Below, in pieces: positions 54,301-64,000 of a DNA stretch of 64,000 nt (within the stretch, counting starts at the first letter, position 1; each line of letters opens with the position of its first letter). The DNA is taken from NCBI GenBank assembly GCA_030141605.1, contig JAQGDQ010000001.1, forward strand, positions 620,001 through 684,000. Reading direction: 5' to 3'. The notes beneath the pieces were generated by a model that saw only the letters and a program-made list of their open reading frames with translations, was not told the DNA's origin and did not search any database. The stretch comes from Tubiluchus corallicola. Its lineage: Eukaryota; Animalia; Priapulida. The translations under genes and the position numbers were made by a program.

Positions 54301-57300
54301 TTCAACTGTGTGTATTGTAAGTGACTGTTAAATCACCAGATAAACCAGGCAACAGCAAATTGAAAAGGGCATAACTACTCTTTAATTGTTAAATTTTAAC
54401 TTTACCCTGGCAAGTTGTTCTTCCGCTCTTTGTTTCGCATCTTCGTATTCTTTCTTTCTTCTTGCGAACGCATAGTTAACATCATTAAATTGTTTCTGCA
54501 TTTCGTTGAAACATCGAGTCCACATTGCTTCTAGCTCTTTCCTCAGTTGTTCAGAGTTTTCTCTCTCGGCCTGCGCAGCGCGAATGTTTGAATGGCTGTG
54601 AAGAGCCCACGTTCTAGGCTCTGTGTTGCTGAAATCATATACCATTCTTAACAGTTTAAAGGTGATAGCATGCGGAGTTCTTTTTTCCTGCTTCCCCTTC
54701 TCTCTTTCTCCGTCCTCTTGCCCCCATCTCTCGCCTTTTTCTCTCTTTCTGTTTCCCTCTCATTCTTTCACACACTCTTTCCGTCTCTTTGTCACTATGT
54801 CCCTTTTTGCTCCATTTCTCTCTGCCTCTCATATCATGAGTGTGCTCACTCATTACCACACTTAAGCATCCAGGCATAATTACTCTTTCATGAGTCACTT
54901 ACTCACTCGTCTGCTTGCTCGCTTGCTCACTCACTCATTTACTCATTTTTCTTTCTTCTCTACAAACCATTACAATGTAATTACAGAATTGCGTTCTCTA
55001 TTCCTTCGTGGAAGTTTATTCCTTGAGATGTGTTACTCAATTGAAAGCTGGTTTCATCCAGTGATAAAGCTGACAGCTTATCAGTCGTGTCAAGTTCCAA
55101 GTTTTGCAGCATATCTCGATTTGCTCTGAAACAAAATCAAAAATTAAAATAGCTTCTTTCAAAAAAGGTAATTTGTCTCTACTGTTTCGTATTTTCCACT
55201 GTTTAAACACTATTAAGCTGATAAACTAATAAACGCAAACGTGCCCATGCTTACCTTTGTTGTACATCAATTCTGTACAAACCGTTCTTCATTTTATCCA
55301 TGCAGCTATTTGCCAAATTTACTTCCTGCAGCAAAATAACGCAGTTATCACTTACTGTGAAGCAGAATCTTAGGTGATTGTGAAAATTGTCATGTACAAA
55401 ATTATACATTAATGCGTAGATTAGGTGGTCAATTAAGACTTGCAAATGGGATCTTTCGCTATTTACGGCCTAAAAATATTTTCGATATAAAAATATCGCA
55501 CCATTCTATTGAAAAACCGCAAATCCCAAAGGTCTTCATTATTCTGTGATAGTCTAGAAAAGTGCAACCCTAAAGGAGTTTTTTAAAGTTGGCAACATAG
55601 ACAGTCTTATCAATTTGATTATACTGCATACGAAAAACGCTGTTGCCAGCTCAAGAAATTAGCGGAAAGGGGTTAACACTCAAAAAGAAAATGGCCGCCA
55701 AGTTTTTGCACAAACAACGTAAATTTAGAGGAATTTTTAGAAAATTAACATTAAGAAACCAATATGACATCTATTCCAGGTAGCTGAACCCGAGGAAAAT
55801 ATTTCTGTCATCTTCATTACAAAAATGACTATCGTTTTCAAAATGGCTGCCGCGCAACAGTGAAATAATGTCAATCATGCAGTTACATTAGCCGTTTCAT
55901 CATAAGATTCCTTATACAAACAAAAACAATCAACTGGATCTTCTTGAATCCAGAAAGCTGCTACTAGCCCCCAAAAAATGCAAAGCGATTCACTCATCCC
56001 AATAAGTAAAAAAAAAAAAAAATGGCCGCCGGTATCCTGACGGAATTCTCCAGCAGAATGGTGAAAAACCTGGTATTTTCGCCTAAGTTTCAAAACTTTG
56101 CACAATGTTAAAACCAATCAAGGTGATTAATTTTAGATATGAGGCCAATCGAGCATCATCCAACATGGCTGCCATTTTCAAAATGGTCGACAAGATCGAT
56201 GCCTGTAATTGCTAGTTTTGAAAGCCATTATCCTAATTGTTGGCGCAGTTAATATAACAACTTTGGTTTCAAAATATAGGTTAGGTTTTCAATTTCAAGA
56301 AATCAATTTCTGATGCCTAGAAACACCTATGACATCATCTAAGTTAGGATTTCAAGATGGCTGCCGAGATACTTGTAGCCGCTTGTGTAATAGTAATATA
56401 TTTATATTTTATTGGGTAATTACAGTTACAATTGCAATTCACATAATACACACACTGATTACAAAGATATAATTACATACATATATGACGCTGTAAAATC
56501 ATATACCAAGAACACAATATTATAAGTCAAATTCAATAATTTAAATTAAAGACAGAACATCAAACTTTGATGTATAAACCCAATGATAAAACATAGATGT
56601 ACATAAACACAAATTTAATGTAGTTGTGTACACATATAGTATTTAAGTTAGATAAGTGATGCTAGTTATATATATATATATAGTTCGTTTTCTTATTATA
56701 ATTACATCCTAGAACGGAAACATTTTAAAACAAAATTACAAGCAATTTGGAGAATTTCAGAATCGTTTGAGCCTAATAATAATTTAAGTTTGTCATCATC
56801 TGATAAGTAAGTAAAGTTTGGATGTAGAGAGCTAATTTCTGTATGAAGAGTGTTTCTTAGTCGCTCATATCTACTTACAGTGGAAGAGCAAATGTTTCGT
56901 CTTCTATTTCTTGTTCGTTTGGGTCGCATTGTGTACAGTATCTTTCACTGGCTAGGATGTTAATAGGTTTATGATGTCTACCGGTTTCTATTGCAAGTGT
57001 GTGGGAGCTAATACGTAGTTTCGTGAAAGCGATTTTAGCACTCCGAGTTATAGTATAATTTGTAAATAATTTTCTAATTCGTAGCGTTCTTTAACTTTAC
57101 AGTAGGTTCTTAATTTGTTTTCATCGTTGTTATTAGTGCTATGTGTTCTGTTCTGTTAATTTCTTCTTTCCACTTTTTAGATATATATTTTGGAGTTTCT
57201 GTTTAACGCTGTGTAGTAAGCTATATATATATATATATATTTGCTATATTGCCCGACATAAGATAAACAGGATGATGATAGTAGTATCTATATGTAGGCT

Positions 57301-60300
57301 GTAGAGGTCAAGGATTTAGGGCAGTACTAATATGATCAACTTTTTTAAAATGGTCCATAAGGTAGCTGTTACTAACTTATAAAAACCATATGTTACACCT
57401 TATGAAAATGCGAATGCCACTGATACTGAAAAAATCAGCTCTGTAAGCAATCTATGCCAGTAGTGTTTGCGACCAGACTTCAGTTTTTACAGAAAGAGAA
57501 AAAAGAAGGCTTTACCCACATAACAGAAGTCTTTGTGTCTTTAAGAAACACTACTAGAGCAGAACTATTGACTGAACTCATGCTTGTGCTGGAAGGTTTT
57601 GTTGCACTCCTGCATCAATGGTGGGACGTTGACGTCAATTTGTAAAGCATGTAAAGACTTGTTCATTAGAAAGGAAGTGTTTTTAGTGACAACTCCTCCA
57701 ACATATATCACACTGTTGGGGTACACCCGAGGAGGAATATATTAGGCAGGTTGGTCAAGGCATTGATCACTGCCTAACGCCTGATGTGGATTCCTTGACC
57801 TTGAAAAACTACATTTACACACCAAAATCATGATCTTATCTGCACTGACTACTATCGTGTCCCCTTAACTGATGTTAGCGGAAGAAATTTTATCGGCCAT
57901 CTTGAAAATGGTACCGTCATTGGACATTAATCTATAGCTTTTGCTTTTAAGTACTTATATCTAGATACTAAAATTATCATCCTATCTGCCTTAGAGCATA
58001 CAGTATAACTAATGTATTACACTAGCTGCCGCAGTCATCTTGGCAGTCACCTTGAAATTGACCTGGATCCCAAAATAATAGTTTCTTGTAGAACGGCAAA
58101 AAAACTTGTTCACTTCATCTAAAAGTTACAATACTTTGTACAAAGATAAAACCCAATGAAGTGATTAATTTTGAATATGAGGCCAAATGAAAATCACCCA
58201 ATATTACCGTCATTTCAAGGCTGTCACTAATGGCAAAGACAAGATTTATTTACTGCCGCTCATTTAATCGAAAACATTAGCACAACCGGCTATTTAACTA
58301 TTCTTACACTTACAACAATACAAGTAAGGACGCAACACACAAATAACGAATAACATTCAGGTTATATGCCCTGGCTTTTGCAGCCGCTAGTATCGAAGTC
58401 AAGACTGCGTGGTTGCAGTTCGAAATCTAAACCGCTCGGCCACACAACCCAGGACAAATACTGGAATTTTCAATTGCGCTAGTTTTTAAAGCGATATCGT
58501 AGCTGCTAAAGCACGTAAGTGTTTTTTAAGCATTAATTATGGGTTGCTTGGCCCTTAAATCTACATTTAGTCACCAAAATCAATATCTTATCTGTTCTAA
58601 TAGTTAAGATATAGCCTTTATATGTTAGCGAGTCATCTTATTGGTTATCCTGAAAATGGCGTCCATATTGCAGAATTTTTTTTATCCAAAATTAATCAAT
58701 TGGCGGGTTCTAGCATTGTGCTAATTTCATAACTTTTAGAGGAAATAAGCAATTTTTCACTATTCTGCTGGACTATACGTCGGGAACACAGCAGCCATAT
58801 TCTTTTTTGCTTATTTCTTATTATCGGTTACTAATCTACTGATTTACATTGTGTGGCGCCATTGTGTTTTTTGCGTTTTGAACGCCATTCCCCAAATTTT
58901 TCGAACTGGCAACAGAGCTTCCCGCATTCAGCACAGTCAAATTGATAAGATTTGCGATGCTGTCCACTTTTAAAAAAAATGCCCTTAGAAGTTTATAGAA
59001 GCACCTTTTCGTGATTTTATTCTAGTCTAGTGGCAGCCATTTTGATCACGGTCGTCATTTTTGATATAAAAGTTACAGAAATGGGTTCCACGAGTCCTGC
59101 TACCCTGGAATAGATGTCATAATGGCTTTTTAATTTTCTGGAAATTTCTTTTAATTTACGTTGGTTGTGCAAAAACTTGGTGGCCATTGTGTTTTTTTTT
59201 TGTATTTTTAACCCCTTTCTGTCAATTATTCGAGCTGGCAAAGGCTTTTTTCGAATTCAGTATAGGCAAATTAAAAAAACTAGCTATGTTGCCTACTTTA
59301 AAAAAAACGCCGCTAGAACTTTACAGAAGCACTTTTTCAGGATTTCGGTCTAGACTATTGACTCTTTTGACACTATATATATATATATAATGTCTCTTCT
59401 TTGACGAAAGAAGCTGAGTATTTGACTAGAAAGCTGATTAATACGGTTTAGCCTAGGTCTACCTGAATGAGTTCTTTCTCAACACAGTCATGCACGAGGT
59501 CGCAGTTCTGTCTTTGCTCCCGAATGCGGAGACATTCTTCTGCTATGTGAAGAGGCACTTGCATCTCTCTTAGAGACTTGCTCATTCTGTGTCCCAAATC
59601 CGAAAGTAATTGCATTTCTGAAAATAAGTGCTTTTCTAATATGATACGTTCTTTGCATATGTCATCAAGCTACAGTATTGGAGTGTGACAGGGTAGAGCG
59701 AGAAAGTCTGCAAGAGAAAGCCTGGTGGACACGGGTTATTTTAGAGATCTCAGATGGCCATTTCAGAGTTTGTAATATATTGAGACAGTATAAAATCAAA
59801 TATTTTTTGAAAAAATTCGTGGACGATTGACACAAAAGGTCGATTTTTTTATCTGGAACACTGGCTTGCCGTTGAGCCAGCCATTAACTTGAAAGTTTAT
59901 TCAACGGTAGGCGTTAATACATATTACATAGGTTTATAGCAATGATGATTTCATGAACTCCCACAATCATATTTATTATTTTCTGTAATTTGACCAAACA
60001 CCACATAATAATTTCGCAAACTTACACATACATAACCAAGCACCATACATATAAAACGTTGGTGTGTCATAGAGGAAAGAAGAAAAAGATGTGCAAGGTT
60101 TATTTTGAAAATCTCTCCACCGTGACTAATAACAAAGTTCCACTGTGGGAACTTTTATTTGAAAAACCATTATAAGACTTTCTCAGTAATTATCAAATAT
60201 ATTCTCCGTCTCATAGTTGCTTTCAGTACCTACGTGAGTACGGACTTAATATTATAACTGAGAGTAAAGAATAAGAAATAGAATAGTTCTTATATTATTG

Positions 60301-63300
60301 ATTGTAATAGTGTTTTTCATTTTGATTTTGATTAAGTACAAAAATGTTTTTGAGAAGCTGATCAACGTAATTATACAATTATTCTAACCTAATATAATGT
60401 TCATTATTTTCACAGCAAAAGTAAAAAACTTTTAGCTTCAGCGTCGCAAATTTCGAATAGAACGGAAATAACTTCCCTATGGTCAGTTTGTTGACTTTCT
60501 AACAGGCAGCAAATTTAACAGGTCTCGGCCCCCTAATATAGTTATTAAGTTGACCTTACTCAGCACTAAACCGGACACTGAAACGATGCTAACAGCTGGG
60601 AAACTTATTAGTAGTAGGTAGTACAAGATAAATTAAATTAAGTTATACCTGCAACCATCTTATCTGATTCATGTTCCAGTTCATATTTCCAATAGTTTAT
60701 ATCACCAATTCGCTGTCCGAGTTTTTGCCCAGCATCTGCTTGTTTGAGTCTTGTTTGATCCTCTGCGCCTCGAACCATCTGAGCTGCCTCCTTTCTGATT
60801 CTCTCTGATCCAGTTTTTATCTGTAGCATCATGTTCAAACATGAATTGCTTTTTTTTTAAATTTAAATTTTGCCTGTTTTAGCAGTACAGATATAATTGT
60901 GTGTTTTTGTATAGCTTGCTTAGCCCTCTAAAAATATTATATTTCGAAAATGAGAAAGTACGTACGTTAAAATAAATGAAGCAGTTCTATAGATGTACTT
61001 GTAAAATTATCTTATTCAATTACACAACAATCAGTTATATTTTTTATGTACTAAGTATGAAAATAAGTAAGGAATGTTTATTAATTCCTGTAAGAAAATT
61101 TCTTGCTTGCAAGACAACGTAAACAACCTGAGGGTCGGAAGGAATACCTGTGTGTTTATATGCGAAGCTAAGCAACTCCAACCTCGGTTAGTAAATGGAT
61201 GGCTGAAAACGCTTGGAAAACTTTAGAGTTGTCCTCATTGAATGTAGGTAAAAATGACACAGGAAAAAAGGGCACGGGAAAAATGACAAGGGAAAAATGG
61301 CACACATAGTAATATATAATAATTATAATAATATATGTGCTTAGAGTTAGGGTTACAGTGGAGTATAATTATTTCAGTTATTTTTACCTCTGCCAAGGAA
61401 GTTATGCTTTAACACAGTTTGTTTGTTTGTTTGTTTATCTAGTTGTTTTTTGTCTGTTAGGGCAGTAAGCCTACTCGCAAAAGTATCTAACAGACTTACA
61501 GGAAACTTTGTGAAGAAAGATGGGCAAAATGGGACACGTAGATAAACACTATGTGGAACATTCCTGCATTACTGATTATAAATACATTTAAAGAACATAT
61601 ATTTTGTTAGTCTTTTGCTAGTCTATGTAATACCAATACTTGTACATTTCAGTATATTTACCAGATTATCTTTGTGCTAAATTTTTTGAATCAAAAGAAC
61701 CAGATGAACAAGATTCGGATTGTTCGGTTTTGGCAGAGATCTGCTTCCTGCTGAGCTCATTCTAGTTTTATTATAGAAACCAATTGCATCAAATAACGTT
61801 TGTGCCATTTTTCCTACTTTTCCATTTGCGCCATTTTTTCCTGAGCTATTTTACCGTGCGACTTTTTCCTGTGCCATATTTACCTACTTTTCCAGTTGTG
61901 CTATTTTTTCCGGTATCATTCTTTCCTTTCATGTGCTATTTTACCATGCCATTTCTTACCGCTTACCGCCCTGTCTGCTTCCCTCATTAAGGCACAATGT
62001 ATCCGAACGTGAGTAAAACACCTCAGCTTGTTTAGAGTGTCGTCTCAGAGGATAAGCCCTGAGGTCGGGGTTTACTAGGCGGAGAATTGTACAAAAATTC
62101 TTACGCAAATACTTTACAAAAACACATATACTCATCACTAAAAACTTAAAACCGTGTATGAAACATAAGTAATATGATTGGATATACACATCCAAACATT
62201 AACAAAATACATATTGTGACGCTTTTGAGCAGGCTGAGATTTCAGAAGTTAAATATTGCCTGCTCGGGCTAATACCTTGTTAAATTAGCTGCAGAATAAT
62301 TTTTATACAATTCGGATGTTTGTATGACGCTCAAATGCGAGGTAAACAGCCAAGATCGGCATGGCAAATGCAACCAACAGCAGCAGGAATTGAAGCGGTT
62401 TACTCATCCAAAAACTGACCACCCTCAGCGTGAAAGCGTGTAATACTGCAATCACGCAGCCATGTACCCGGCTTCAAAAGTGAGTATCAATAGTGTAGAT
62501 CAAAATAAAAAGGTAAAATAAATCCAACAACCAAATCAGTGAGACTAGAAAAACATGGTACTGCACAGCCTACACAGATGATTTCAACGCAAAATAGTGG
62601 GATTTGGTGTTATTGTGTAGAAAAGTAGCGTTTGGTTACAACATAATTTACGAGAATGACTTTTCATTATAGGTTACATTGCAAAAAGTATTTATTTATT
62701 CCTGTAAATTCCTCTAATGGCAATAAAATCCTGTTGTGAATCTTTTAAATTTCCCGTTAAATACTAGAAAGGGCACCTATATTTTAGCACATGTAACTTT
62801 TTGTAGTGAAAGAGCTATTTTACGAATGACTATTTATATTACAACAGAAGAAAAAATGACGAGCAATCAAACGATCACTTGATAGACGTGCTAAAACTCC
62901 TAAACTAGCAAAACCTCAGTCCGTGAAAAACTAGCATGGTAAATGGGAAAATGTCGTTCTGCAGACCTCAGCAGCCAAAGTGGCAACATGAAATTTTAGT
63001 GGATCTCAAAACATCTAAAATAAGACTTTCTTTTCCTAGAAATGGTTTTGTACACCATACCTCACTAGCCATAAGCGCATTGTTGATACTGGTATTCCTC
63101 CAGTCGGTCGGGTTGGCTCTTGTCAGAATAACCTGTCGAGAATTGTCCAGCAGAGGCTCCAGTTTTAACTGTGAAGACATGGACAGCCTACCCACCGGAT
63201 CTGTCTTCAATCTCTGTGTTGACATAGAATGATAATAATTTCCAGCCGTCCTTGGACGAAAAGACACACCAGCACTTCTGTGTGTTCCTGTTGTCATAGG

Positions 63301-63402
63301 TCTATGGGCGCCAGAGTACATCAGACTTTGTGGTAAATAATCAGCGCTCCTGGCGTAAGCATCACTAATGCTACGCGTGTATTGAGAGTACAAACCTGCC
63401 AT
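51384..63402 (-). CDS. TEKT3: Tektin-3/5 family axonemal coiled-coil protein, 490 aa, 8 coding exons
   Basis: Exons 63061-63402, 60649-60820, 59463-59617, 55255-55325, 54985-55125, 54406-54628, 51898-52052, 51384-51597 are all GT-AG and total 1473 nt in frame. Tektin signature RPNVELCRD, plus DLVHD.VE..L, RI.DI.YWK and K.NSLFID..RC. An in-frame TAG lies two codons before the ATG; the acceptor at 63442 implies an upstream non-coding exon. Confidence 0.92.
52102..53912. mobile_element. Mutator-like foldback element with inverted ~16-bp minisatellite arms and unrelated internal sequence
   Basis: Left arm (ttcgccagtggtacgg)n at 52110-52240; right arm (accactggcgaaccgt)n at 53705-53900. Termini ggtatc/gatatc; 9-bp flanks ctgacagaa/ttaacagaa. 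Confidence 0.7.
54665..54960. repeat. TC-rich/(TCAC)n low-complexity tract in a tektin intron
   Basis: Directly visible; source of several overlapping spurious ORFs. Confidence 0.8.
56702..57200 (-). mobile_element. CR1/L2-like LINE 3' fragment inserted in the Academ element
   Basis: Minus-strand frames give KWKEEI, ENKLRTYCKVKERYELENYL, FTKLRISSHTLAIETGRH and YERLRNTL...LSDDDKLKLLL...IACNFVLKCF. Confidence 0.8.
58275..58450 (-). mobile_element. tRNA-derived SINE, copy 2
   Basis: Reverse complement reads gggttgtgtggccgagcggtttaga...actgcaaccacgcag...cttcgatactagcggctgc...tgcgtccttacttgtattgttgtaagtg; same family as 43637-43800. Confidence 0.65.
61247..61967. mobile_element. Foldback MITE with (GGAAAAAATGGCAC)-type inverted subterminal repeats
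   Basis: Left arm ggtaaaaatgacacaggaaaaaagggcac...; right arm (gtgccatttttcc)n ending ttaccgcttacc. Confidence 0.7.
61381..61767 (+). mobile_element. Helentron-associated non-autonomous element (HINE) nested in the foldback MITE
   Basis: Starts TTTTTACCTCTGCCAAGG, followed by a (GTTT)n microsatellite. The sub-terminal inverted copy TTGGCAGAGAT and a ...TTCTAGTT end complete it. Confidence 0.7.
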
Positions 63403-63463
63403 GACCTAAGTATCCAACTTGGAATCCTTTAAAATAGGACTCTGTAAAACACCAAAAATGCAC

Positions 63464-63552
63464 CAGATTAAAACCTTAAACTCAAAAGGCACGCAGATTA
63501 AAACCTTAAACTCAAAAGGCACGCAGATTAAAACCTTAAACGCAAAGACACG
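63464..63552. repeat. 30-bp tandem repeat, ~3 copies
   Basis: cagattaaaaccttaaactcaaaaggcacg, two perfect copies plus one diverged copy. Confidence 0.92.
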
Positions 63553-64000
63553 CAAGAACTTGCTTACACCTTGAATAAGTCAGTTTGCATCACTTTGAAA
63601 AATTGTTGTCCACACATACTGGACGTGTTTATCATTTATAACCACCTGCGATACTGCCAGTGGTCTTCGAGTTTTTAACATATTCTTATTTTGGTTAGGT
63701 GCAACAAAATGACTAAGCTATAAATTTTAGTATTCGTCAAATGTGGTAAGGCCAACAAATACGAAATTCTATAGGTATAATTATTTACCCTGATTAAAAT
63801 GCAATGGATAGCCGTGTAGCCGTAGACCCACATACCGAACAAACGTCTATAGGTGATATAGTCTAAACATCTAAACTTTATATAGCACATAAATTAATCT
63901 CTTGATATCACCTTTATCCAAGGTAATAGTCTTGCAACTCGTCCAGAATTTGTATACATATTCTGACGGTTAATCGTTACTTAAAAAAACTGCAGAGCTT

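Larger units (their letters stand above)
56046..58775 (+). mobile_element. Inner Academ element with decayed transposase
   Basis: TIRs tccagcagaatggtgaaaaa and tttttcactattctgctggacta. 57270-57790 translates with stops and frameshifts to YASSVCDQTSVF..REK (H..GCDQTS.F.G.GK), LEGFVALL and KACKDLF...PPT...L....RGGIY*AGW, matching the Academ transposase C-terminus. Confidence 0.75.
55550..59357. mobile_element. Outer Academ-like element with ~300-bp TIRs
   Basis: Termini TAGTCTAG...CTAGACTA; 55550-55853 is the reverse complement of 59030-59357; flanks gtga/ttga; aaaatggccgcc motifs. An extra tandem right-TIR copy lies at ~58850-59029. Confidence 0.7.

Overview
AT-rich invertebrate animal genomic DNA with spliceosomal introns; not prokaryotic, with no CRISPR, rRNA or intact tRNA. 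Five protein-coding loci can be assembled by hand. (1) The last exon of a CaaX-ending gene, probably INPP5E (+, 250-434). (2) A compact 5-exon Polycomb/CBX chromobox gene (-, 3791-7985). (3) A Rab26/Rab37 GTPase gene (+, ~14680-48660) with two alternative N-terminal modules, each carrying its own duplicated 111-nt P-loop/switch-I exon. (4) An intronless secreted EPN-type C-type lectin nested antisense in the last Rab intron (-, 46959-47753). (5) An 8-coding-exon tektin-3/5-family gene (-, 51384-63402). The most striking observation is that one Rab isoform appears to need a non-canonical GG-AG intron (AAG|GGAAGT at 20998/20999), while the other 20 donors I inferred are GT. Introns and spacers hold decayed transposons: mariner, pogo-, Ginger-, Kolobok-, hAT- and Mutator-like MITEs, a nested Academ cluster, Helentron-type elements, RTE and CR1/L2 LINE fragments, and a tRNA-derived SINE. 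All gene models and family assignments come from reading the sequence and recalled family motifs; no searches were run.
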